From Negaprion brevirostris (lineage: Eukaryota): DNA of 64,000 nt. The DNA lies in the NCBI GenBank assembly GCA_030324005.1, contig JARDVH010000084.1, positions 91,434,129 to 91,498,128 of the forward strand. The letters are read 5' to 3'. Positions 51,190-63,379 of this stretch are shown here, in pieces; the stretch's first letter is position 1; the number at the start of each line of letters is the position of its first letter. The position numbers and the translations under genes are program-made. Under the pieces are notes generated by a model. That model was not told where the DNA came from. It was given only the letters and a program-made list of their open reading frames with translations, and did not search any database.

Positions 51190-52555
51190 GCTGAATCTCA
51201 GGGAATCAGATTCGTGTTGGAGTTAATTTCCATTACTTAAGAAGGGAAGCAGGGATAATCGTATACATTACAGACCGGTCAGTCTGATGTCTATGGTGGG
51301 AAAGTTTTGAAGAAGACACTGGGGGGCGGGATATATGCACATTTGAAAGAAATGGAATAGCTAGTGACAGGTAGCATGGTTTTGTACGGGGAAGATCATG
51401 TCTCACCAACTTGATGGAGTTCTTTGAAGAGGAGTCAAAGATTATTGATGAGGGAAAGGCTGTGGATGTAGGTTATATGGATTTAGTAAGGCATTTGACA
51501 AGTTCCCACATGGAAGACTGACACAAAACTGAAATCACATGGGATTCGGGGTGGGCTGACTAGATGAATACAGAACAGGCTTGGTCCGAGGTGACAGAGA
51601 GTAATGGAGATCTGTCACTAGTAGTGTTCCGTGGGGATTATTGCTAGAATCGCTGTTGTTTGTAGTATATACAAGTATCTAGAAGAAAATGTTGGTAGTC
51701 TGATGAGGAAGTTTGTGGGTGACACGAAGGTTGATGGAGTTGCTGATAGAGCTGAGGATTGCCAGAGGATGCAACAAGATATCGATAGACTGGAGACTTG
51801 GGCACAGATGCATTTCGGAGGATCAAATTTCGGTGTGAAAATGTGAAGATACAGTGGGATCTGGGCTTCAGGTTCACATTTTCCTAAAAGGTGCAACACA
51901 AGTGTTCAAGGTGATTGAGAAGTTATGTGCCATGCTTGCCTTCATTGGCCATGACATTGAGTACACGAGTTGGCAAATCGTGCTGCAGCTATGTAAAACT
52001 TNNNNNNNNNNNNNNNNNNNNNNNNNNNNNNNNNNNNNNNNNNNNNNNNNNNNNNNNNNNNTAAGCTTTGAAAAGAGTGCAATGAATGTTCACCAGGATG
52101 TTGCCTGTTTTCGAGAGCGTTGACTATGAGGAGAGGTTGAATAAATTAGAGTTGTTGTCACTGGAAAAAACAGAGGTTAAGGGAAGACCTGATGGAGCTC
52201 TACAAAATTATGAGAGAGGTTGATATGATGGATCGACAGAAGCACTTTCCCAGGATGGAAGTGCCAATTACAAGAGCATCTCCATTTCGTGATTACGAGG
52301 GAGCAAAGGTTCAAAATGAGTTGGAGAAGTTTAAGGGCGATGCGTGGGGAAAGCTTTTCAAGCAGGTTGGTGGATGCCTGGAATGTGCTATCTGAAGAGA
52401 AGGAACATTAGCATCATCTAAGAGGAACCTGGATGTGTGTATGGAGAGGGAGGGAACAGAGAGATGCAGACTGAGTAAGGGCAGAAGTTTTATTTAGTGT
52501 AGTTAGAGCATCATGATCGGTGCGGGATGAAGGACTAAAAGTCGTTTACTTTGTT
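51190..52555 (+). mobile_element. CR1 RT and 3' portion
   Basis: YRPVSL, HGFVRGRSCLTNL, KFVGDTK motifs. Confidence 0.85.
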
Positions 52556-52775
52556 CTTGGTTGTTTGCTCAGCTTTGAAGTTGTGAAAGTGTACTTTGAA
52601 TAAATATTGCAGGAAATCCATTACGACATATTTCATTTGACAATATTGCGCTCATTTAACGTTTCCACGTTTTTTTTTCTTCGCACTCAGCTTGTAGAGA
52701 TATTATTCTTATCGGAATGACAGTCCAATAAAATACACATATATGTATGATAGAACCATTATCTGTATATTTCAC

Positions 52776-52811
52776 CTAAAGTTTGTACGGTTTGTTTCAG
52801 TTTATTCATTT
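52776..52811 (-). CDS. 36-nt microexon EMNKLKQTVQTL
   Basis: tttcttctttaatctttcag|AAATGAATAAACTGAAACAAACCGTACAAACTTTAG|gtgaaa. Confidence 0.82.
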
Positions 52812-53194
52812 CTGAAAGATTAAAGAAGAAACATTTGAGATTTTTTACTGTCTTGCACATTTATCGATTGCCATTAATTACAGTAAATTTAAGTCAAACA
52901 ATTAACAGGAAAATTATGTGCATCATGTTTTCATGGACTTTGCAATGATCAGCAGCGACCTTTTCCCAGGAACTGATAACATGGACAATAGGCACCACCT
53001 TCGTATTCTATTAACTTCAAGTCAGGCAACATTATGTAACTTCCATTCTACGCCCGCAGTGAGCATTCACTTGACTTGAAGCTTCAACAATGTTGAACAA
53101 GGCAACAATATCTGGCCAAAGTAGTTTGCTTGTTTAGGACTCCACACATAAAGATTTACTTTCTCAAATATGAGTTATAGAGGATTCAATTTTA

Positions 53195-56100
53195 AGGAGA
53201 ATAGACGGGCATTTCCGTGGACAGAAACGACACTACAGGATAGTACGATGCCTACCTTGTTCTAGGATGAAGGATGTCTCAGAGCTGTTACGGGGCATTT
53301 CTGAGGGGGAGGGTAAACAGCTTGTGGCTGTTGTACACATCGGGAACAATGACAAAAGTAAACAAATGGGTGAAGTCTGAAAAGCAGAATTGAGGGAGTT
53401 CACAATAAAATCAAGAAGGTTGTGAACCCAGGATCATTCCTTGTGCCATGTACTATTCGGTTTAAAAATATCAGGATATATTGGATTGTTACGTGGTTCA
53501 GCACATTCGGGGAGGATTTCCGATTCCTGGTGTACTTGAGCCGATTCTGGGGAAGGTGGGAACAGTATAAGCTACACCAGTATAAGCTAAATCAGTTACA
53601 CCTGGGAAGGGCCAGGGCTGATGTCTGAGCGCTTGCTAAAGTGGTTGGAAAGTGTTTAGATCAAAATGGCAGGGGAATGGGAACCTATGCAAGGAATCAG
53701 AAGAGGAGGAATCATGGTAAAAAACAAAGACAGAGAGGGAATAAGGAAAAGTGATTGGAAGAGAAAATAAGGGCTAGATTCAAAAAGTCATTCACTGAAA
53801 AGTATTCGGAACATGGTAAGTAATGTTGACAAGACGAACTGAAAGGGTTAGCGCCATAATGCGTGGAGCATTGGCAATAAAGTGGATGATTTAATCATGC
53901 GAATAAATGCAAATAGATATGATATCGGGAGCGGCAAGGTGGCACGGTGGATAGCACTGCTGCCTCACAGGTCAGAAACCGGGTTAAATTCTAACCTTGG
54001 GTTACTGTCTGTGTGGAGTTTGCACATTCTTCCCATGTCTGCATTGTTTTCCTCCGGGGGTTGTGGTTTCCTCCCACGGTTCAAAGATGTGCGGGTTAGG
54101 TTGATTGGCTGTGCTAAAAAATTACCCAGGTGTCAGGGGAATTAGTGGGGTAAATATGTGGGGTTACGGGAATACGTCCTGGATGGGGCTGTGGTCGGTG
54201 CGGACTCGATGGTCTGAATGGTCTCCTTCTGCACTGTTAGGGATTCTGTGATTCCATAATATAGCCGCGATTAAAGAGACATAGCTGCAGGCTGACCACG
54301 GATGAAAACTGGACATCCAGGGGTATTCAGTTTTAAGAATGGCGGGGAAGTAGAATTACTAGATAAAGGGGAAATTATACATCATGTTGAAGGAAGTTAG
54401 CTACGGCGATGTGGAATCGATATAGCTAGAGCTAAGAAACCCCAAGAAGCACAAAATGTTTGCAGCGGTTGTATATAGATCCTGGATTGTTGTTGTGATG
54501 TTACAAATTACATTAAACAGGAAATTAGAGATGCATGTGATGAAGGAACATCTTTAATAATGGGTCAATTTAACTTGCATATAGATATGGGGGCCACTCA
54601 TCTAACAAAGGGCAAAGCCCCAAAAGCTATTGGCATTTGCTACCAAAATTAAACCTGTTGGACTTTAACCTGGTGTTGTGAGACTACTTAATGTGAACAA
54701 CTGAATACATACCTTGGTTCTGTCTTAACAAAGGAGGATACACATAAATTACTAGAAACGTTGGGGAACACAGGGTGTAGATGATGCGTATTGAAGGAGA
54801 TCATATGAGTGGAGAAATGGTGTTGGGTAAACTGATGGGGATGAAGGACAATAAATCCCCAGGGCCTGATAACCTACATTTCAGTGTAATTATAGAAGCC
54901 ACCCAAGAAATAATCGATGAATGGCTGGTCATGTTCTAAGAGTGTATATACTCTGTAACAGTTCCTATAGATTAGAATGTAGCTCGTGGAAACCAAATAT
55001 TTTTAAAAAGGAGCTAAATAGAAAACAGTGAATTATAGACCAGTAAGGCTGACGTCAGCATTGGGGAAAATTCTAGAATCTATTATTAATGATTTTATCG
55101 AAAAACACTCTGAAAGCATTGACAGTTTTGGACAGAATTTAAGAAAAGTAAACATTGCGTGGCAAAGCTATTGAATTCCTTGAAGATGTAGCTGGTAGAA
55201 TTGATAAGTGGGAGACAGTGAATGTAGTTAATTTCGACCTTCTGAAGGCTTCTGATAAAATCCCATGTAAGAGATTTTAATTTTAAACTTCATTGGATTG
55301 AAGTTAATGCTTCAAGGTGGATAGAAAATTGGTTGGCAGATAGGATCCAAAGAGTAGGAAGAAATGGGTATTTTCCGAAATGGCAGGCAGTACCTACTGG
55401 GGTGCTGCAGAGATCAATGCTGGGACCCCAACTATACACGATATATATCAATGATTTAGACGAGGGAACTAAATGTAGTGTCTTCAAATTTGCAGATAAC
55501 ACAAACTGAGCTGTGAGGAGAATTTACAGATCTTTTAGCCTGATTTGGGCAAGTACAGTGAATAGCCAATACAGTATAACTTGAATATATGTGAGGTTAT
55601 CCAGTTTGAGAGCAATAAAGGGAAGGAAGATTACGAGCTGAAGGGCCATAAATTAGAAGAGGGGAATGTACAACAAATCCTACATACCCTCATGCATCAC
55701 CCACTGAAGTTAAGCATGTAGGTGTAGTAGGCAGTAAAAAAAGCATATGTTAATTTGGCCTTCGTAGTGCAGATTCAAATACAGGAAAGGGATTTCTTGA
55801 TGCAATTATTCAGCGGCTTGGTGAGGTCACACCAGGAACATTGCGTGAAGTTTTGGCCTGTTCAGCTGAGGAAGGATGTTCTTGCTTTGAAGAGAATGTA
55901 AGACGGTTTACGAGACTCATTCCTGGGATGGCAAGACTGACAATATTGGGATATTGAGTTAGTAAGGATTGCATTCACCAGAGTTCGGAGTAATGAGGCT
56001 GGGGTGGGGCGGGAGGGTACGGTGCTGGGGTGGGGGAGGAAAGGAGGGGATGGGGTTGATGCTGGAGGGCCTCCATTGAAACAGATGAAATTTGATGAGA

Positions 56101-56692
56101 TAGATGAAAACAACGACATTCCCACTGGTGGGAGTGCCCAGTCTGCTGAGAATAAGCGTAAACCATGTACGGCCGAGATGAGGATACATTTCTTTACGAG
56201 AGTTTGAGTTCACTTACTAGTGTCATAAGTAGGCTTACATTAACACTGCTACAAATTCATTGTGAAATCCCTGAGTCGCTACACTCCACATCTTGTTCGC
56301 ATACACTGAGGGAGAATTTTAGCGTGGTAAATACACCTAACCAGCACGTCTTTAGGACATTAGGAGGAAGCCAGAGCAGTCAGAGGAAACCCATGCATTC
56401 ACAGGGAGAAAGTACAGACTCCGCAAAGACCGTTACTCAAGCTAAGAATCAAGCGTGTGTCCCGAGCGCTGGGCAGCAGCAATGCTGTGTGACTGCAGTG
56501 ACAACTATGTCACTGTGCCGTCTGTTGTCAGAATTTGCTACCACAGAATGTAGTGAAGCCAAGCAATTGTATGTTTTCGGGAAAAATTCCGATATAGCAC
56601 TTAGGGGGAAGGGATTAAAGGGTCTGTGGTGAAGGTGGGGGTCAGGCATGATCATAATGAATGGCGAAGCAGCCTCGAAGGGCCGAATTTCC
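53195..56692 (+). mobile_element. Internally deleted CR1 including ORF1 esterase remnant, with nested V-SINEs (53930-54255 +, 56215-56510 -) and a Penelope fragment (54595-54693)
   Basis: CLPCSRMKDVSE...VVHIGNND (SGNH-like ORF1); LYTIYINDLDEGTKCSVFKFADNT RT motif. Confidence 0.8.
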
Positions 56693-57414
56693 NNNNNNNN
56701 NNNNNNNNNNNNNNNNNNNNNNNNNNNNNNNNNNNNNNNNNNNNNNNNNNNNNNNNNNNNNNNNNNNNNNNNNNNNNNNNNNNNNNNNNNNNNNNNNNNN
56801 NNNNNNNNNNNNNNNNNNNNNNNNNNNNNNNNNNNNNNNNNNNNNNNNNNNNNNNNNNNNNNNNNNNNNNNNNNNNNNATTTTATCAGTCCTGATTCACT
56901 TTAGGAAGTATTGTGGCCTTGAAGAGTGTAGTAAAAATGCAAACCTTCCCTTTTCCGATTCCTAAGGTACAATATTTGAAACTTTGTTGCATTGTTTACA
57001 GCCTCAACTTTGTGTTGGACTGCAGCTGACCTACAGTAACGGGGCACAACTTCACATGAATTGCAAAATCTTACTGAGAGTTTTTTGTCTCTTCCAATGG
57101 GTTCAATCCTTCATTATTTCCATTGAAACGGCATAGTTTTTGTGAGTTACGAATTGCAACTTGAAAATGGCATCTTATTTGCATTGATTTACATATTTGG
57201 ATGATAAAGGAAACCAATAGCCTTCCTGGCAAATGCATTGAAAATACTGTCGATTTTTTATACAAACCCTTCCGCAAACAGTTTGGACGGCAAATAACCA
57301 ACTCATATAAATTCCGCTGCCATATAAATTATAAATTGCAGATATATTTACCCTTGGCGTAACACAAAGGCACGAGATTTTAACAATTAATTGTGGTATT
57401 CTACTAATATATAC

Positions 57415-57441
57415 CTGCAGTTTTGTTCGAAAGTCGATTTT
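57415..57441 (-). CDS. 27-nt microexon ENRLSNKTA
   Basis: ttttgcattttgttttag|AAAATCGACTTTCGAACAAAACTGCAG|gtatat. Confidence 0.8.
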
Positions 57442-57874
57442 CTAAAACAAAATGCAAAATAACAAAATCTTAAATATGATAATCATTCTTGTTGTCATAA
57501 GAATTCGGCATCACTGGCAGGATCAACATTGATTGAAAATCTCCAATTGGCTCCTGATAGGTCAAATCATTTGCTTGTACAGTTGCAATTGATGGCGCGT
57601 GCTGAGACTCACTGTTCCTTTATTGAAGGGGCGGGGGAAAGGGCGGGAGTTTCATCCCAGTGACGTGTCCAATTGACTGTACATTTCACGGCACATGAAT
57701 AGAACGAAATGCAACACGTAAAGACAATGTTTACTTATTATCGCTTATTTTGATGACTGCGCAATTGAAATGGATCATTTGTCAATAGTAAACTGTTGCT
57801 TTACAGAAGGCAAGTTCAGCAAAGAACGTCAAGCTTTAGAGGTATATAAATTAACGTTTGATGATTTTGCTCAC

Positions 57875-57910
57875 CTTTATCTTGCTGATTGAGAAGTGCA
57901 GCGTTCAATT
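57875..57910 (-). CDS. 36-nt microexon ELNAALLNQQDK
   Basis: tttttgttttgataatag|AATTGAACGCTGCACTTCTCAATCAGCAAGATAAAG|gtgagc. Confidence 0.82.
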
Positions 57911-58362
57911 CTATTATCAAAACAAAAAGAAGAGATTTAAGACTGAAAAAAAAATCAGTTAATGATGTCTTATAGCAAAGCGTCCAGAAACACATAAACA
58001 ATACTTTAGGTACATGTCGGGTCTAATAGGGGAAGGTAAAACAGCACAAAATTAATTTGATTTGACAAGAATATTATATTATTTATGAATTTAATGCTAT
58101 TGCATTTTTAGAAGAAAGTCAAAACATTTGTTAAATGTCGAAACATCGTATTGAGTTTAAACAATTGATATGAACGATCTGGATTTTATTTGGTGCACAG
58201 GTTTCTGGAAAATGAATTAATCAAGATAAAAATATATGCAGCAATCTGCACGGAATAATAACATTTCTACGCAATCACTTGCATAATCAGTAATTTTGCA
58301 TGATATTAATAAATTAAATGGCAAGCAAATGCATTCATCATTAATCAAAATCAATGAAGTAC

Positions 58363-58389
58363 CATTGTCTTTGGCAAGCAGTTGCTGTT
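58363..58389 (-). CDS. 27-nt microexon (E/K)QQLLAKDN
   Basis: gttctttttcag|AACAGCAACTGCTTGCCAAAGACAATG|gtactt. Confidence 0.75.
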
Positions 58390-58606
58390 CTGAAAAAGAA
58401 CTTCAGAGATCAGTACACATGTTAACCATAACAGCATGCAGTAAAATTTGCTATCAGTTTACAACACTTTTCATGACAGTGGCAACCCTAAAATCGATGG
58501 TGAAGGCGTCAGTGATGGCAATCCCAAGAGAACATTGTTAGTTTCTTTTTTCCTGGAGATCGCCATTTCTGGCTGTTGCGTGGTATGAGTGATACTTGAA
58601 ACTAAC

Positions 58607-58672
58607 CAGAGCAAATTAAACTTTTCCTGAGTATTTTTGCCTTCTTCAGTATTTGAACATTTAAGACTGATA
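58607..58672 (-). CDS. Candidate 66-nt exon xSVLNVQILKKAKILRKSLICS
   Basis: cactttttcag|...CTG|gttagt; open in phase 1 and phase 2; atypical size. Confidence 0.35.
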
Positions 58673-59365
58673 CTGAAAAAGTGCTATTATCACTGTATCC
58701 TACTTATTAAATTTGGTATTGAAAAGTGTTATCATCAGTGAACATCCTACTTTTGAAATTATGTAAATGTTTGGTTATATTACATTGCTCTCCAAACCTC
58801 TGACAGTGATATCCTAATGCTGAAATTATTGAGTCCGAAGGATCGCAACCAATTATCTTTGTGATGAGTATTAGTTTAAGCAATGACAATTTTCTCCAGC
58901 GTTTCACTCTTACTTCCTACTGCTACATCAGGTAGAATGCAGTCTTGATTCCGTTGAATGACTCATCTCTGGAATTCAGTTGTTGTATGTGTTCGGATGT
59001 AATGCACTCTGGAAATGGATGGCCCTGATTCAACCTAAGTTTAGTGGTTGTGATCAATTTTTTGTTGAAGAAGTGAAGATACAACACAGATTTATTTGCT
59101 GTTACGTGGTGAAAGCAGCGTACATAAAAGAGCTAACCGATCCCACAACCAACGGTTCAGATCTCATTTTTGCAGTCCTGCTACACCCAGTTGCGAATGG
59201 TCATGGACAATTACACAACTAACTGAAGCAGTAGGGACCACAAATATCTCGATCGTCAACCAAGGTGAACTGGTCACATCAGTGCAAAAGACAAGGCTGA
59301 ATAACGGGCAACGATCTTCAGCCAGTCCTGCCAGATGCATGGTCAATCACTGACTGAACTCTCCA

Positions 59366-59405
59366 TTCACCTGACGAAGAGGGAGTCCCCTCGAAAGCTA
59401 GTGAG
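59366..59405 (+). ncRNA. Minimal type I hammerhead ribozyme in Penelope-like terminus
   Basis: ttcac CTGACGA a gaggg-agtc-ccctc GAAA gc TA gtgag: intact core, stems I and II, palindromic AGCU mini-helix III. Confidence 0.75.
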
Positions 59406-59634
59406 TTTACTATCAAATAAATCGGTTGGACTNNNNNNNNNNNNNNNNNNNNNNNNNNNNNNNNNNNNNNNNNNNNNNNNNNNNNNNNNNNNNNNNNNNN
59501 NNNNNNNNNNNNNNNNNNNNNNNNNNNNNNNNNNNNNNNNNNNNNNNNNNNNNNNNNNNNNNNNNNNNNNNNNNNNNNNNNNNNNNNNNNNNNNNNNNNN
59601 NNNNNNNNNNNNNNNNNNNNNNNNNNNNNNNNNN

Positions 59635-60600
59635 CATGACAACTAAGCAGTCACCTATTTGCCGAAGCTCCCACAGCTCCTGACTTCAATACATCCTTGT
59701 TAAAGCATGCACTCAAGAGGTGAGGTGACATCAAAGCTACATTTGACAGATTGTATGACCAAGGAACCCTAACAGAACTGAAGTTCACTGCAATCATGAG
59801 AAAAGTTTTCCACTACTTTGAGTCATACCTAGAAAAGTCGTAGCTGGTTGTTAGTGTTGGCGGTCATCCTCACAGTCCCAGGACTGCAGTTCATGTGATC
59901 CACAGGACAATGTTCGAGCTCTGCCCATCTTTAGTAGCTTCCTCAATCATTTTTTCTCCATTATTAAGTCAGGATTGCAGATGGTTGCTGATGTTTGAGG
60001 AATGCTCAGCACTATTGCTACCTGTACAGCTGTCCAGCTGTAAAGCAATCGTATCCATGTGCAGCAAGGACCGAAAAACGTTCAAACTCGGGCTGCATGG
60101 CTAGTAAAATGCATGTCACATAAACTGCAGGCAATGGCCATACCCACGCCTCGGAAATTAAACAATCCCGTCTTCATATTCAATTGCATTATGATCACCG
60201 GCTTGGTTGGCACTCGATTAGCAACCTCCAACACTCACTTCCTCCACCGCAGAGGCACAGCGGCAGTAGTACATGTCATCTATGTGATACGTTCCAGCAA
60301 TTTAGTAAGGCTGACTCGATAGCACCTGCCAACTTACGAACTCGACCACCTAGAAGGGCAAACATAGAAAATGAGTGGAACATGACCACGTGCAATTTTC
60401 CTACCCAGTGCATAACATTGGTCCTTGGAAGCATATTGCTCTTCCTTGAGCACCGCTGGGCAGCATCACAGAAACTCCTTCCTAACAGCACTGTGGGTAC
60501 ACCTACACCACATGTTTCAAGAGGGCGGCTCTCCTCCACCTTTTTAAGTGCCATTATGGATGCAAAATAAATTTGGCCGCTGCACTCAAGTGACACTTCC
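59635..60600 (+). mobile_element. LINE (L2/CR1 group) RT and 3' portion
   Basis: gacatcaaagctacatttgacaga (DIKATFDR); internally deleted; tail aaataaatttggcc. Confidence 0.65.
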
Positions 60601-60818
60601 AAATAGTCAACTAATCCCCTTTCAGCAGTATTGCCTGTTCACCGCTCCATGCGGTGCCTTGATCCAATTATACCCAGGTCCTTATCTATGCTTCAGATGA
60701 ACTCCAAGTTTCTGATTGCAGGTGTGCATCATCACAAGTGAATAACAGATATATACATTCAAGTGAAGTATCAGTTATCTAACGTACATTTTGACTTGGA
60801 TGCTGCTTCGATACTAAC

Positions 60819-60845
60819 TTGTGACTTCACGAAGTTTTTGAAGTT
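60819..60845 (-). CDS. 27-nt microexon ELQKLREVT
   Basis: ttatcttcttcatcag|AACTTCAAAAACTTCGTGAAGTCACAA|gttagt. Confidence 0.72.
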
Positions 60846-60987
60846 CTGATGAAGAAGATAATTTCAATTAGGTTGCATGATCCATTCTCTGAATGTAGAG
60901 ATAAAGAGCAACAAGCATATTGCCCAATATTAAAATATAGCACATGAACAACAATTCCACCGATTGGAAAGAGATTAAAGACATTAC

Positions 60988-61014
60988 CTGCCCTCAGTTG
61001 GATCAACCTCTCAT
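60988..61014 (-). CDS. 27-nt microexon DERLIQLRA
   Basis: cattccattttgcag|ATGAGAGGTTGATCCAACTGAGGGCAG|gtaatg. Confidence 0.8.
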
Positions 61015-62794
61015 CTGCAAAATGGAATGTTTTATTGGAATGTAATTGCTGATTTAGATAAATATTCAGAAATAAAGGAAAACAGTAACCCAACAATGTT
61101 CGCTTTTCAGTTCAATCATTCGAATCAACTCATGTTCCGTAGCATTGAAGGCCATACAACTGAAAGCAAATTATGCTCAAGTACTTTGAGTCATTTTGTG
61201 TCTACTATTTTTTCGAACAGTCAGTCCCTGAGCTCCACCAACCTCCAGGTGAAGAAACGCTTCTCTTCCGCTAGCAACTTGTGTGTCTTTACCATGAATC
61301 GACTTCCCTTGCTATGCATCCCTCAAGAAAAAACGAATGAATAGGCTTTATGAGGCATTCTATCCAGATAATTCATGATTGTACGTGTTTAGTTAGACTT
61401 GTTCTTCATCTATAGTGTTACAAAACCATATTCCGATCCCGTGCAAGCTTTCCTTATCCTTAAAACATATCAGTAAAGCAAAAACCCTCGTAATATCATT
61501 TCTATTCCTTCTAATGCAATCAAATCTTTCTTATCTTGACGTTCCAAAATTGCATCCAGCTGTTGAATTATTGCCAAGCCAATATTTTATGTTGTTTCAC
61601 CATAGCTTAGAAGCTCTGACATTCGTTCTAAGACTCATGTACTGAACGCAGGTTGCCTCGTAACTTCTACGTTTTCCAGGTATCAGAAATGTGTATATAA
61701 CCAGCATGCTACCTTTTTGATTTAATCTTCCTATTATCATATCATTTACCGTGGATTCAGTTGCTTGTCAATCTTCTTCAAATGTATTGCTTCAGATTTC
61801 TTTGATATGAATTGTCTTTATCACCGTCCACCCACGTGTCTTGTTCAATGATATCGTCCCTCAACTTACAGAACTTTGCTTCATAATCAAACACGCCTTC
61901 AATTTGCACGTTATTTGAAGTCGTCTTGATCATACTATCTGAGGGACGTTGGGCTACCGCCAGGTGAGGAACATGTTATCTTTTTTCTCGAACAAAACCC
62001 ATGATTTGCATGCTAGATGATATTTTCACTGGACCATTAATCTAGTGGCCAAGGCTATTACTCAACTTCCACCACGGCAACTTTCTGTTAATAATTTGGA
62101 ATTAAATGTGAGTCTCAGCAATGGTGACCATTAACTTGTTGCCAATTGTCATAATTACGTTCACAAACATCCTATCGGGAAGCAAATCAGATCTGTCGGC
62201 AAAATACGTAAAATAAAAATGAGTAATGCTCTGATCCAAGGCAAGTGCGTCTCATTCTTCAAGAACTAACAGTGTGAGTATTTGGACAGGGTAACAAGTA
62301 CGAACACAAAGAAGTTNNNNNNNNNNNNNNNNNNNNNNNNNNNNNNNNNNNNNNNNNNNNNNNNNNAATTGTTTTTTCTTTGTTGAGATCATTAAAAGTT
62401 GACATCCATTTCAGAATGTCGACAAGCCTCTCTAACAACGGAAATGAAGTGCAATCAAATATATACGTGATTGCATTGAAAATCTTAAAAGGTGAAATCA
62501 TGGCGCCCAGGATGAGAAAGGAGGAAAACACAAATTCAACAATGTTGTGTGTTCAAAACTTATTTTTAAAAGATCTGCTGCAAGTGATTACCGTGCTATG
62601 TGAAGCAAAACATAAATTTGGAGGAATCGGTTGGAAAAAATGACAGGACAGCATTATCTTAACAGAAAGGTTCCTAGAAAAAGGGCTAAACTTGGATGCA
62701 ATTACGTTCACGTTATACTTAGAAAATGTAGAAGGTTTGAAGAGAGACACAAGCATTAATATAGTTCTCAGGGTTCCATATATGCATATTACCG

Positions 62795-63110
62795 GGGGCG
62801 GCACGGTGGCACAGTGGTTAACACTGCTGCCTCACAACACCAGGGACTCCGTGTTCGGTTCCTGGCTTCGGTCATTCTCTGTGTGGAGTTTGCACATTCT
62901 CCCCGTGTTTGCGTGGGTTTCCTCCGGGTGCTCCGGTTTCCTCCCACAGTCCAAAATGTGCGGGTCAGGTGTATTGACAATGCTAACGTGCCAGAGGCAC
63001 TAGCTAGGGTAAGTGCATGGGGTTACAGGGATAGGGGCGGGGTGAGAATGTGGTCGATGCAGACTCGATGGTCCGAATGGCCTCCTTCTGCACTGTAAGA
63101 CTCTATGATT
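62795..63110 (+). mobile_element. Relatively young full-length V-SINE (HE1-like)
   Basis: gggcggcacggtggcacagtggttaacactgctgcctcac; near-consensus V-domain; CR1-type tail. Confidence 0.9.
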
Positions 63111-63205
63111 TAAGGCAAAGGCTAATAGACGGGCCACTTCAGTTTTTCGGCGAAGTTTGCTTGTTAGTTATGTAATACGTTATTAACATATTCCGCAGGA
63201 CTTAC

Positions 63206-63232
63206 CATCGGTTTTGTATTTCGTGTCCTGGT
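63206..63232 (-). CDS. 27-nt microexon DQDTKYKTD
   Basis: ttattgctctcactcag|ACCAGGACACGAAATACAAAACCGATG|gtaagt. Confidence 0.75.
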
Positions 63233-63379
63233 CTGAGTGAGAGCAATAATAAAAAATCATCTTAGCCACAATATAAAGCGTAGAATCAAGGTTCAGTATT
63301 GCTTTTGTCACTTCATTCATCCTTTAACAATACAGGAGGAAAGAACGATTTATTACTTGGAGAAAAAAAATCTTTTTAC

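Noticed and set aside
57625-57675. Promoter-like cluster (two GC boxes, TGACGT, CCAAT)
   Set aside because: Falls in a degraded LINE/SINE tail within a ~430-nt intron; no CpG island.
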